Source: Macrostomum lignano
Taxonomy: Eukaryota
Length of the DNA: 64,000 nt
NCBI GenBank assembly: GCA_002269645.1
Contig: NIVC01000366.1
Span: 583,523-647,522, forward strand
Direction: 5' to 3'
Shown: one piece after another, positions 1 through 12,600 of the stretch
Numbering within the stretch: the first letter of the stretch is position 1
How the letters are laid out: every line of letters begins with the position of its first letter
Made by a program: the position numbers and the translations under genes
The notes under the pieces: generated by a model
Seen by the model: only the letters and a program-made list of their open reading frames with translations
Databases searched by the model: none
What the model was told of the DNA's origin: nothing

Positions 1-800
1 TGCAACCGCTTTGAGTGTCTCCAAACTTTTCTTCCCCAGAGTCCAGCTTCGCACCCACAGAACAGTGTGTCGCCAATGTGATCGCCTTAATTGTGATCTT
101 GAGGCCATTCTTCAAACCGACTCCTTGAGCCCGCCAAAGACTCATCAAGCCTTATCATTGAGCTGGTTGCGACGTCAATTCGGATTCTGATCTCTTCCTC
201 CGAGGTCCCATTCTCCATGATGGTTGCCTCCAGATATTTAAACTTCTTCACCTGTTCTACTAGTTCTCCATCAATCACAATCCCTAGCCTGACTTTGTCC
301 TTACCATTCCCTGTCACCATTGTCTTGTTTTTTTCTTTGCTGACTTCCATGCCAAACTTTTTTGAGATTGTGCAGTCCATGCAGCTTCGTTGTCATTTCT
401 TGCAATTCTTCCTCATCTTTGCCAATCAAATCGTGATGTCGTCTGAAAACCGCGAGTTGTTGAGTTGTTGATGTTCATGTCTCCGCAGCTGATTCCGAGC
501 TCATGCAGTTCCTCAATTAATTTCTGTCATTATCCGTTTCAGGAAAAGATTGAAGAGAGTAGGTGATAGGATACAAAATCCTTGTCTCACCCCACCATTG
601 CCCTAAACCAGTCACTGCACTGGTCACCTGCCATAACCTTTGGTCTTAGCTTCTTCATACAGTCGCTTAATTATTCTCTTGTGATGTCTTCTCCAATGTT
701 GTATTTTTTCATTGTGTGCAAAAGCGCTTCGTGCCACTGCGTGTTTGAAGGCGTGTTTAAAGTCAATGAAATTGTGACAGATGATCTTTTGATATTTTAC
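1..800 (-). mobile_element. Degenerate non-LTR retrotransposon (LINE) reverse-transcriptase fragment; continues at ~1187-1215 and ~1983-2080
   Basis: Minus-strand translations give RT motifs in the expected order: LLHKLCNKIL (~2040), STSEQITNL (~1200), FIDFKHAF (~745), GVRQG..ILSPTLFNLFL (~560), NNSRFSDDI (~450), EQVKKFKYLEATI (ORF 87-380) and LFCGCEA (~60). Frameshifts and stops are present. Confidence 0.85.
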
Positions 801-815
801 AAATTAATGGTCGCA

Positions 816-1171
816 GGGGGGCGTAGCTCAGCGGTCAGTGCAGGCTCTGGTGTGCCAGCGACCCAGGCTCGATTCCAAGTGCAGTCACATTAATTTGGGG
901 CTGAATTGGAATCTCGGCTTGGCTCTGCTCGTGCAATTAACGGCCTTGAGAGCCAACCCCCAAGGCGCAGTGAAGTGTACATGCCTAACGATAAAATAAA
1001 GTTAGGGCCGCTGTACAATCCTGTGTGAGTGTGTGCCTGCGTACGTATCCGCGCGCTTGTGTGCCTGCTCAGGGGAGTCGGCGGAATGAGCAGTAATGCC
1101 TCTCGCCGGTTGTGTGCCTATGTCGCTTAAAGTGCACCAGGGTGCACACAACCCCCTGCCTCTAATAAAAA
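816..1171 (+). mobile_element. tRNA-derived SINE with A-rich tail and 15-bp target-site duplication
   Basis: Head GGGGGGCGTAGCTCAGCGG (A box) and GGCTCGATTCC (B box, 1 mismatch); tail TAATAAAAAAAA. Flanks are aaattaatggtcgca (801-815) and aaattaatggtcaca (1172-1186). Removing the element rejoins the LINE RT motif. Confidence 0.85.
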
Positions 1172-1214
1172 AAATTAATGGTCACAAGTTGGTAATTTGC
1201 TCTGAAGTGCTTGC

Positions 1215-1800
1215 ATCTCGCTGCGCACCTGCTCTACTGTCGATGCTATGAGCCGTGAGGCTCAGTGTCATCGAGTCCCAGCCGTACCACAGGGCACGCT
1301 TTGGGTCAGGACGCTGAACTGCCGCACTCTCAAGGCCGCCTGGCGGAGAGGGCTGCTGGCGCAGCTAGCGCTCGACCCCAGATGCGATGTCATCTCGCTG
1401 CAAGAGGTGTCCATCAGGGCCGACTCGGGAAATTCACTGTGAGGACCCGGGCGCCGGCTGGACCCTCTGGTACGTACGCGTCAGTTTGTCAATATCGGCT
1501 ACGTCGAGCTAGTCACCATTGCGGCACTCTATCGCCGCACCGGCCTGTTTCGTCCCAGCGAACTGTTGCGCTGTCGTCGGCGACTCCAGCTGGCAGGCCA
1601 TTTTATCCGAGCCGAGACGTACTGCCCACAGCCGGCCGGTGCATTAGGTGCTGCTGCTGACGCTGCAGGCACCCTACCGGCGGGGGACAGGCGCGCACTC
1701 GAAGTTTCGTTGACTGCCTGCTGGCTGATGCTGGGGCCCCGGACACTGCCGGCGATGCGGCCTACATGTACGTTCGCACCCAGTCCTTGAAAAAACGCGC
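1215..1800 (+). mobile_element. Internally deleted RTE-like LINE (endonuclease N-terminus joined to ORF 3' end)
   Basis: TLNCRTL...DVISLQEV (AP-endonuclease start, ORF 1248-1442) is followed within ~150 bp by the C-terminal motifs RRLQLAGHFIR and FVDCLLADAG. Confidence 0.7.
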
Positions 1801-1862
1801 CCTATGATTAGTGCCCTATGACTAGTGCCCTAGTGCCCTATGACTAGTGCCCTATGACTACT
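1797..1862. repeat. Short tandem repeat (tagtgccctatgac-like), possibly the tail of the RTE fragment
   Basis: About 4 imperfect copies directly after the RTE 3' end. Confidence 0.7.
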
Positions 1863-1877
1863 GGCTGACAATGTATT

Positions 1878-1878
1878 T

Positions 1879-1916
<38 letters not shown>

Positions 1917-1944
1917 ATTATTATTATTATTGTTGTTGTTGTTG

Positions 1945-1981
<37 letters not shown>
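1878..1981. repeat. (GTT)n/(ATT)n microsatellite
   Basis: Read directly from the sequence. Confidence 0.95.
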
Positions 1982-1982
<1 letters not shown>

Positions 1983-4520
1983 CTCTGCCACTGTGATGGC
2001 CACGCATTGATCGATCCGATCTTCACTACTCTTGAGGATTTTGTTGCAGAGCTTGTGCAGTAAGTCATTTGCAATCAAGTATTAAAAACAGGGTGTACTC
2101 ATGTAAAACAGGGTGTACTTTGTAAGGCAAAACTCAATTAGACACAGATGGCCTGCTGGAGCTGAAGACTTCATAAATAAACACCGCTATAGCTTTGGCG
2201 GCTCAATGGACACCCGATGGTAATATTTGTGATCGCTTTTTTAGAAGGTATGCAAAAACCCTTACATGTATACTGAATCGATCGTACGGAGTTAGTAGTA
2301 CTAGTACATGTACATGCAGCTGCATTGTTTTTCGGAAGGTGCATTAATGTAGTGAGTACTTCGAGCGACTGTACATACAGTCGTAATCAAGTGGGTTCTA
2401 CGCTCGTACATGTACTAGCTAGCTTGACATCGTTAAGAGCCCACGCGGAAGAGACTAAAAATTACGCCCTAGTCCTATACTCTACTAAAGGCAGCGATAG
2501 CCAATTAACGCCTTGAAGGCAGAACCCATCAAATTATATGCAGCGACGGGATAGGAGACTTGTACATATTTGTTTCATGTGAGGTATACACCTGCGCATA
2601 TAAAGTTAGCGCATATATCAATCGAAATTTTATTGTTCAACCTATTGTTTCTTAAGATTTTATTATTCATATTTCAATTTTTATTCTCTTTTAATTTATT
2701 AAAAATAAAAGTGCTGATTGCGACTATAAAACTTATAGCTGTAGTAATTTAACAAACTTATTGACTGAATGAAGTACGTTTTGTTTAAAGTTTAGGCAAA
2801 ATTCAATCTCTAGTAACAGGTTCTAAAACTGTACGTACGGCACGCGCGTGCGCGACTCTAAAACTATAAGAAAATAAAGTGACGAGATGACGATTCACGG
2901 CTGGCCTGAATCGGATTCACGCGCACGTACGCTAGGAGTGCACGCACTGTGACACAAGTATACGTTGATCGACTGACGCTAGGCGGTGCTTCGCAATCGC
3001 AGACCGCAGTCGATGCAACATGCAAGTTTAAAACCTTGCGGCCTTGCCACTCACAATCCGCATTATATGATTTTAAAAAAGATAGCGTTCTTATTCGACT
3101 TAGGCCTTAGTCTAGTATCTATCTATCTTCTAGGCCCAGTTTGACATGTAGAATTAGATAATTAGACTATCTATATGTGAATCAGTGAATGTATATAAAG
3201 ATAACGAAATATGCTATTAGGCATTAGCTATTAGCTAGGCCTAGGCGACCTAAAGTGGCCAAAGGGAAATCTGTTTGTATAAGTGTACCCCCTACAGATA
3301 AATTCAAAATAAGTGTGTTTTTAACTAAAAATGATTTCATTGGTTACTATCTTCAAATTAAAAGGTTATTTTATAGGCCTACCGTAAATTTGTTTTAATA
3401 ATTAATAGCCATCTAGACAAAGAAGTGTAGAATTATGCCTAGTGCTTAATCAGGCTTAGGTCTCTTAAAAGTAGTTTTTTATATTTAAAATGGTTCATAT
3501 GTTCTTTTTTCTGGAATCAAAATAATTTAACAAACAGAACTTAACAATTGCCAGTGTCTAAACATTTTGGCCCCAAAATGACACTTCCAAATATATTCTT
3601 AATGATATGTTAAATAGGTTATTGCTTATTAATAGAGGTCGGATATGATTTTAATCATTTTTCACAATTGTGATTATTTAAAACCTATTATTATTAATGA
3701 GGTTGTGATTTTCTACTTACTTTTTATTTTAATTCACTGTTTAAGTTTTTTTAATTTATTTAAATTAAACTAAGTATAACTTTTTTACTTGATTTACTGA
3801 AATAAAAATGTGAACACAAATATATAAAGCAGTAATACATTTTATTTTTGTTGACTTGACAGTATTATTGAGTATTATTATCTAATATACAATGGTTTCT
3901 TTTCTTGTTTTGTTATTTGGCATTAATTTGGTAGGAATATAAATTCAATTTTGTATAACTAAATAAAAATAAGTACACAATTAATATAATGAATATAAGT
4001 TCATAATAAATATAATAAATATAAGTTCACAATCACAATCATGCCCAACTTTAAAATTTTACAAAATTTCATGCCTGACCAAAAGTACATTGATAGTTGT
4101 AAATGTAATGATTGACTTTATATTTATTAGGTCTATTTCTATAGTCCAGATCATGGCAAGCGTACGCCAGAATCAAAATTCATGTTTTTTCAATTTTATG
4201 CCAATGTAAAATAAAATAAAAATTTTATGCCAAAACTAAAATTGTTTATACACAATTTTTTAACAAATATATATTTTTAGGAACTCAAAACTTTTACTAA
4301 ACTTTAAAACAGCTGTTTTTGCTAAAAACAGATATTATTTGTTTTAATTTTGATTTTCTTGTGATTACATTCATATTTTCTATTTTAGTTTCTGCTTATT
4401 TTTAAAGAGCCTTCAACATTGGTTGATATTTAACTACACAATTACATTAGCCTTGAACTTGGCTATTTTTTTGTATGCTGACTGTGTACACTTCATGTTG
4501 AACCTGAAAATTATATATGC

Positions 4521-5399
4521 GGGTTGCTTTTAGAAGCCCTAAATTTCACAACGTCGCAAGACACAAACTTTCATAAGCTCTAAATTTCATAAACACTAAT
4601 TTTCACATTGTTGAAAAGTTGTGCACAGAATTTCATAAGCTTTAAATTTAACAACCTCTAAATTTCACAACGTCCCAAATCACTATGGAGATGCAATCTT
4701 TCACAAGACCTAAATTTCACAATGCCTAAAAAAACTCCATGGTCTCCATAGTGTTTTTAGGCGTTGTGAAATTTAGGTCTTGTGAAAGATTGTATCTCCA
4801 TAGTGTTTTTAGGCATTGTGAAATTTAGGTCTTGTGAAAGATTGTATCTCCATAGTGTTTTTAGGCATTGTGAAATTTAGGTCTTGTGAAAGATTGTATC
4901 TCCAGTGTTTTTAGGCGTTGTGAAATTTAGGTCTTGTGAAAGATTGTATCTCCAGTGTTTTTAGGCGTTGTGAAATTTAGGTCTTGTGAAAGATTGTATC
5001 TCCATAGTGTTTTTAGGCATTGTGAAATTTAGGTCTTGTGAAAGATTGTATCTCCATAGTGTTTTTAGGCATTGTGAAATTTAGGTATTGTGAAAGATTG
5101 TATCTCCATAGTGTTTTTAGGCGTTGTGAAATTTAGGTCTTGTGAAAGATTGTATCTCCAGTGTTTTTAGGCATTGTGATATTTAGGGTTTGTGAAATTT
5201 AGGGTTTGTGAAATTTAGAGATAGTGAAATTTAGGGCTTTTGAAAATCTGTGCATGCCTTTTAGGTGTTATGAAATTTAGGGCTTGTGAAATCTGCTGCA
5301 TTGCTTATTTTCGACGTTGTGAAAATTAGGGTTTATGAAATATAGGTCTTATGAAAGGTTCTGGTTTTGACGTGAAAATTAGGGTTTGTGAAATGACCC
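4521..5399. mobile_element. Foldback-like non-autonomous DNA element with long imperfect TIRs and internal 50/52-bp tandem array
   Basis: Left half is built from ctaaatttcacaa modules and right half from the complement ttgtgaaatttag. Symmetry centre is at ~4740; termini GGGT...ACCC; tgc on both flanks. About 8 copies of a 50/52-bp unit lie at 4744-5170. Confidence 0.7.
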
Positions 5400-5916
5400 T
5401 GCCAAGTGTATGCCAAGATTATCAGTGAGAGCAAAAATATGCTGGAAAATTCTAGTGTAAAGGCCACCTTCTGGACTATGGGTTATTTCTTATATCAAGT
5501 GATAAAAAGGAATTTTATATGTGATAGACCAAATAAAAATCTTAGTATAGGTCTTTATAATAGAATGGTATATTAACAATGATTTAATAAAGTTGTATTT
5601 ATATGGTGGTTATATAAGTATAATGAAAAAGCTTTTACTAATTCTTAGAAAAAGAATAATTGTAGAACAAATATGATTAATAATATGTTGACATTATTAT
5701 TGACATTAAATAAAGCTTTGGAATAAAGTCGTTTTTATTTCCTATGAATTTGATACAGAAGATCTGTTGCCTATGCCAATTATTTTTTTAAAGATCTCTA
5801 CAGGTTCACCTTCATTTTTAATCTTTCAGAAAAAGGAAAACATCACTACTTACCATTGGCTAAGCAAGTAGTGCTTGAAGGATATATCAAATTCTAATAT
5901 ATCCTAGAGTGAGGAG

Positions 5917-8900
5917 ATGGTACAAATTCGCAAGCGAAGCGCCCATCTGGCTGCCCAGAATAAGCTGACTTCAGCCACTGCCAATTTGTTAGAAAGCGAC
6001 GATAGCCACGACAGCGAGCTCGATGAAGAAGACTCAGATGATGATGAGGATTATAATCCTGAGGCTGCTGCATCCGCTGAGATGGGAATTGATGAAGACA
6101 ATAGCAATCAGAGTGATAGCGATGGTACTAGCAACGGCAGTGAACATATTGCTTCAAAGCTTGGATTAAGCATCGCTGTGGAAGATAGCGACAAAGACCA
6201 CAGTAGCGACGCGTCAGAATTCAATGCCTATTTAGTTCGAGACAAAGACTCCGCGTTAACAAATCCTCTGCTAGCCTATATAGATAATTCCTATACTAGC
6301 CAGAGACGCTTTCTCAACCAGCCCGACCTGTGGCATTGTATGCGATTTTCCAGGTCTATTCAATCCTTGCGCAGCCTCACCGCTTCTTCATCATCGTCTG
6401 CTGATTCGACAGCTTGGCGTCGACTATTCGACGAAGCATTCGGCGATAATCGACCACCGGCTTTGGCGCTGTCCTCGCAGGAGCTGGCCGACTACCTGCC
6501 TAGAGGCTTTGCTGACTATGATGGTAGCATGAATAGCGGGGAAGACTTAAGCATTCCCTATTCTATAGTGCGGACTGGGGAACAAGAGTCTGAGATTAAA
6601 CGGCTGCCGCTGTTAGGCGCCGATGCTCAAGCCGGGCTAGCCTTTGCTGGCGGTCGGATCCGGTGCCTGACTTGGCTGCCGCCAGACCCGAGTCTGGGTC
6701 CAGCGCAGCCGCAGCTGCTGCTCGTGTGTCCCGACTGGCCAGAGCTGGAGGCCGACACTGACGAACAGATACGACGGCGGCGACACCATGGGACTGTTCA
6801 AATTTGGAGAGTTGGGCCCGATGGGGATGAGGTAATGAAATGCCATTGGTTTGCAGATCCTCAGTTGCTGGGCCACCAGCCACCCAGATCTTCAATTGCT
6901 GGGCCAGCGTCCCAGATCCTCAGTTGCTGGGCCAGCGTCCCAGATCCTCAATTGCTGGCCAGCCTCCCAGATCCTCAGTTGCTTGGCCAGCCTCCCAGAT
7001 CCTCAGTTGCTGGGCCAGCCTCCCAGATCCTCAGTTGCTGGGCCAGCCTCCCAGATCCTCAGTTGCTATGCCAACCTCCCAGATCCTCAGTTGCTATGCC
7101 AACCTCCCAGATCCTCAGTTGCTATGCCAACCTCCCATATCCTCAGTCGCTGGGCCACCAGCCTCCCATATCCTCAGTCGCTGGGCCACCAGCCTCCCAT
7201 ATCCTCAGTCGCTGGGCTACCAGCCTCCCATATCCTCATTTCCAGTCGCAACTTCCCTCTCCTCAGCTGAGCATCTCCGCCTGCCTGTGCCACGAGTTCG
7301 GCCCCATCGTTGCCTGCGCCTGGCTGCCGTCGCCGCCGCCTTCAACAGCCGACATCAGCCGCCAGCAGCATCGGACCAGACCAATCTACATCGCTCTGGC
7401 CTGCGCATCAGACGGTTTAATCCGAGTAGCCCAACTTCCAACCATTGAACGTTTGATCTCGGCTGGAAAATCGTCTACCACTACTCAGACTCAGCCTGCA
7501 CCGATAGCCGAGCCTCTGGGGCCCTTCTGAGCCTCGGGCTGGCCAGTCTGGTCACCCCATCGGACAGTTCAACAGGCAGTGATGAAGACTCCAGCAGCCA
7601 GTTGCTAAGATACGGCAGGCCAATTTGCCTCGAGGTTCAAAGTGACTGCCAGCCTGGCCTGGTTTTGGCCGGCTTTTCTAGCGGCCTGTGCGCCGCCTGG
7701 CATCTGGACTGCGTTCAGTTTCGCGACAGAGGCAGCGCAGACGTTCAAGGACTGCGGTATGATGAGCTTATGAGCGTTTGTCTTGGGTTTTATCCAGCTT
7801 CCGTGATGAGGTGGCTTTAGTGCAAAATTTTGTGTTTAAAAAAGTCTCATAGGGTGAGATTTCCTATTAGATTTATGGAGTCTCATAGGGTGAGATTTCC
7901 TATTAGATTTATGCAGTCTCATAGGGTGAGATTTCCTATCAGATTAATGTAGTCTCATTTGATGAGATTTCCTATTAGATTTACACAGCCTCATTTGGTG
8001 AGATTTCCTATTAGATTTATGCAGTCTCATAGGGTGAGATTTCCTATTAGATTTATGCAGTCTCATAGGGTGAGATTTTCTATCTTCAATTTAGTAGACT
8101 CACTATAATCTCAGGGTTGAGATTTCCTATCTTAAATATAGACTCACTATTATCTCATGGGTGAGATTTCTCAAAGTTTCCCCAGTCTCATCCCCACTGC
8201 TCATCCCCCATCCTCAGCTACTCGCCCAAGCTGGCCTACCTGAACGCCAGCCGAATCTGGCTCGCCAGTCCCAGCCGGGCGCCCGTGCTGGCGATGCGAC
8301 TCGAGCCGGAGTCCGGCGACACCCTCGCTGTGAGCTGCGCAGACAGGCGGGTTCGACTGTTCTCCCTGTCTCAGCTGACTGGCACCCAGCCTGCCCAGCT
8401 GCTCAGGCTGCCGCGGCACAGCATGGCCAGGTCTGTGGCCGATCTGATTGGGTCTGTCTGTGTGTCTGTCTCTTTGTGTCTGTCTGTGTGTCTGTCTCTT
8501 TGTGTCTGTCTGTGTGTCTGTCTCTTTGTGTCTGTCTGTGTGTCTGTCTCTTTGTGTCTGCCTGTCTTTGTGTCTGCCTGTCTTTGTGTCTGCCTGTCTT
8601 TGTGTCTGTCTGTGTGTCTGTCTCTTTGTGTCTGCCTGTCTTTGTGTCTGTCTGTCAGTGTGTCTGTCTGTCTTTGTGTCTGCCTGTCTTTGTGTCTGCC
8701 TGTCTTTGTGTCTGTCTGTCAGTGTGTCTGTCTGTCTGTGAGTCTGTCTGTGTGTCTGCCTGTCTTTGTGTCTGCCTGTCTTTGTGTCTGCCTGTCTTTG
8801 TGTCTGCCTGTCTTTGTGTCTGCCTGTCTTTGTGTCTGCCTGTCTTTGTGTCTGTCTGTCTTTGTGTCTGTCTGTCTTTGGCTGTCTGTCTCTGTATCTA

Positions 8901-9052
8901 CCTGTCTTTGTGTCTGTCTTTTCGTCTGCCTGTCTTTGTGTCTGTCTGTCTGTCTGTCCGTCTGTCTATCTGTCTGCCTGCCTGTCTGTCTGTCTGTCTG
9001 TCCGTCTGTCTATCTGTCTGCCTGCCTGCCTGTCTGTCTGTCTGTCTGTCTA

Positions 9053-9093
<41 letters not shown>

Positions 9094-9292
9094 GTGTCTG
9101 CCTGTCTTTGTGTCTGCCTGTCTTTGGCTGTCTGTCTCTGTATCTACCTGTCTTTGTGTCTGTCTTTTCGTCTGCCTGTCTTTGTGTCTGTCTTTTCGTC
9201 TGCCTGTCTTTGTGTCTGTCTGTCTGTCCGTCTGTCTATCTGTCTGCCTGCCTGCCTGTCTGTCCGTCTGTCTATCTGTCTGCCTGCCTGCC

Positions 9293-9343
<51 letters not shown>

Positions 9344-9516
9344 GTGTCTGTGTGTCTGCCTGTCTTTGTGTCTGCCTGTCTTTGGCTGTCTGTCTCTGTA
9401 TCTACCTGTCTTTGTGTCTGTCTTTTCGTCTGCCTGTCTTTGTGTCTGTCTTTTCGTCTGCCTGTCTTTGTGTCTGTCTGTCTGTCTGTCCGTCTGTCTA
9501 TCTGTCTGTCTGTCTA

Positions 9517-9606
<90 letters not shown>

Positions 9607-12600
9607 AGTCAGTCAGTCCGTCTTATTCGCGCCGCAATCCGCCACCCGCAGAGACCTGTCCTGGTGCAGTCACGGCGTGCTGCTCTGCGCCAACGAGCTC
9701 TGCCGCGCGCCCGGCGAATCCTCCGCAGCCGGGGCCTCCTGCCTCAGCAGCCACCCCTTGGCAACCGGACACTCGGTCAGTCTGGACGAAACCACACAGT
9801 CCGCCTGGCGACTGGCGCACAGCTGCCTGCGCGACGGCCTGGCCATGGCCCGGCTCGGCGGTCAAATCCGCGTCATTCAGCTGCCGCCAGCTCTGCTGCA
9901 TCATTGCAGGCGCGGTCAGCGGCGCAACCCCATGCAGGCGGTGCACCGAGCCACTCCCACCCGGCCCTGGCTAGCGGCGTCGCTTATTCAACAAGCTTCG
10001 CCAGCCGCATCGGCCAAGGCTGCCAGTTGCCGACGCTGTTCAACTAGCGGCGCCCGGTGCTACACCTGCGTGAGAGCTACTCACCGGCTCCTGCTGAGCC
10101 TGCCGCCTCTGTCTACTAACCGACAGGCGAAGCTGCCTCCTCTAGCCGAGCTGGAACAGCCTCAGCTGTACCCGATGCACCTGGCCCAGTGCCTTGAATG
10201 GAGCCGGTCGCCTAGCCAGTCTAACTGGTTAGCTGTCGGTTTCAACTGCGGCCTGATCCGTTTAGCAAGAGTTGAACATCTGGACGATGCGCCAGCTTAT
10301 GGACCGCTGGTAGATGCCTACTATGAAATCAATACGGAGCTATTCGATAAGTGTCTAGCTGAGATAGTTGAACTGGCTCAGGCTAAGTCTAGCCCGGCCA
10401 AGACTAGTGTGGAGCGGCGCGGCAGGCCCCGTCGGAAGATTAAGCCAAATGAGAAGAAGCAGAAAAAGCCGCCACCACCAAAGATGCCAACAACAACAAC
10501 AACAACAACCGGGACGTCAAAACGTCGCGGTCGACCGCCGAAGCATCGACCACCTTCATCGCCGCCGATAATTAAAGAACGACAACAACAACAACAACAA
10601 CAAAATCCTACCGAAGCCAGCCAAGCTTCCTCTTCTTTAACCTTGATTGAAAACTCGGTTGGCAAAGCTAAGGGTAGAATTTCTCAGTCTCTTTTGGCTC
10701 TGGCCAATATTCCAGCTCCTATGATCACTGTACTGTCTGCCTCCAGTTCGACTTCGATATCGGCAGCTCTAGCTAGCAGAGAATTGTCGCCGCCTTCAAT
10801 TCGCGCAAATTCTAAATTGGCCGCTACGGAGACCACTGGTAAAACTTCCTCGTCGAATGTCGCTAAGTCGACAACGTCAACTAACTCGATTTTTAAACAA
10901 TCGACATCGTCTAGCGTTGAAAAGTCGAAATCCAATGTCGGAACATTGACATCATCCTATTTCAAGAAGTCGGCACCGTCCTGTGTCGAGAAGTCGACAC
11001 CGTCAAACGTCGAGAAGTCGACACCGTCAAATGTCGAGAAGTCGACACCGTCAAATGTCGAGAAGTCGACACCGTCAAATGTCGAGAAGTCGACACCGTC
11101 AAATGTCGAGAAGTCGACACCGTCAAATGTCGAGAAGTCAACACCGTCAAATGTCGAGAAGTCGACACCGTCAAATGTCGAGAAGTCAACACCGTCAAAT
11201 GTCGAGAAGTCGACACCGTCAAATGTCGAGAAGTCAACACCGTCAAATGTCGAGAAGTCGACATCGTCTAGTGTCAAGAAGTCGACATCGTCCAGTGTCG
11301 AAAAATCAACACCGTCTGATCTTGAAAAGCCGAAGACAAATGTCGAAACATCTACTTCTGTGGTCGGTAAATCGACACCCTCACGTGTCGGCACTTCAAC
11401 ACTGTCTTCAAGTGTTGACAAGACCGTATCATATGTCGTTAGATTGTCGTCTCCCTCTGCATCAAGTTCGACATCTACAACTTCCGCAAAGGTTATGTCC
11501 TCAGCGTCGCCCACGTTTGAAAGACAAGCGGCAACAAAGGTCAGTACGGTGGCTCCGTCAACTGTGTCAGCTTCCGTGTCCTCAAAAATTAGAGTGTCGA
11601 TTGTCGATCTCTCGTCTAGTGTTGCCGCAGTGTCGCCCTCAACAATTTCAAAGGCGCCGGCAAAGTCGTCGACTGTCGTCGCTTTGTCGCCGTCAACAAT
11701 TTCAAAGACGCCGATAGAATCGTCAAACGTTGATGCCTCATCAATTTCTTCCGCGTCGCAGCTGCCAACTGATGCCGACAAATCGACTGTAGCGAAACAG
11801 TCTGAACGACAGGTAAACTCATTATCAGCTTGCTTTTATCAGATAGCTTATCCCTAGTGTCTGATCAATGACCATCCCTAGTGTCTGATCAATGACCATC
11901 CCTAGTGTCTTATCCATGACCATCCCTAGTGTCTGATCAATGACCATCCCTAGTGTCTTATCCATGACCATCCCTAGTGTCTTATCAATGACCATCCTTA
12001 ATGTCTTATCAATGACCATCCCTAGTGTCTGATCAATGACCATCCCTAGTGTCTGATCAATGACCATCCCTAGTGTCTTATCAGTGACCATCCCTAGTGT
12101 CTGATCAATGACCATCCCTAGTGTCTGATCAATGACCATCCCTAGTGTCTGATCAATGACCATCCCTAGTGTCTTATCAATGACCATCCCTAGTGTCTTA
12201 TCAATGACCATCCCTAGTGTCTTATCAATGACCATCCCTAGTGTCTGATCAGTGACCATCCTTAGTGTCTTATCAATGACCATCCCTAGTGTCTGATCAG
12301 TGACCATCCCTAGTGTCTTATCAATGACCATCCCTAGTGTCTGATCAGTGACCATCCCTAGTGTCTTATCAATGACCATCCCTAGTTTCTGATCAATGAC
12401 CATCCTTAGTGTCTGATTAATGACCATCCCTAGTGTCTGATCAATGACCATCCCTAGTGTCTTATCAATGACCATCCCTAGTGTCTTATCAATGACCATC
12501 CCTAGTGTCTTATCAATGACCATCCCTAGTGTCTGATCAGTGACCATCCTTAGTGTCTTATCAATGACCATCCCTAGTGTCTGATCAGTGACCATCCCTA

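Noticed and set aside
816-889. Functional tRNA gene
   Set aside because: Acceptor and anticodon stems do not pair; it is the head of a TSD-flanked SINE.
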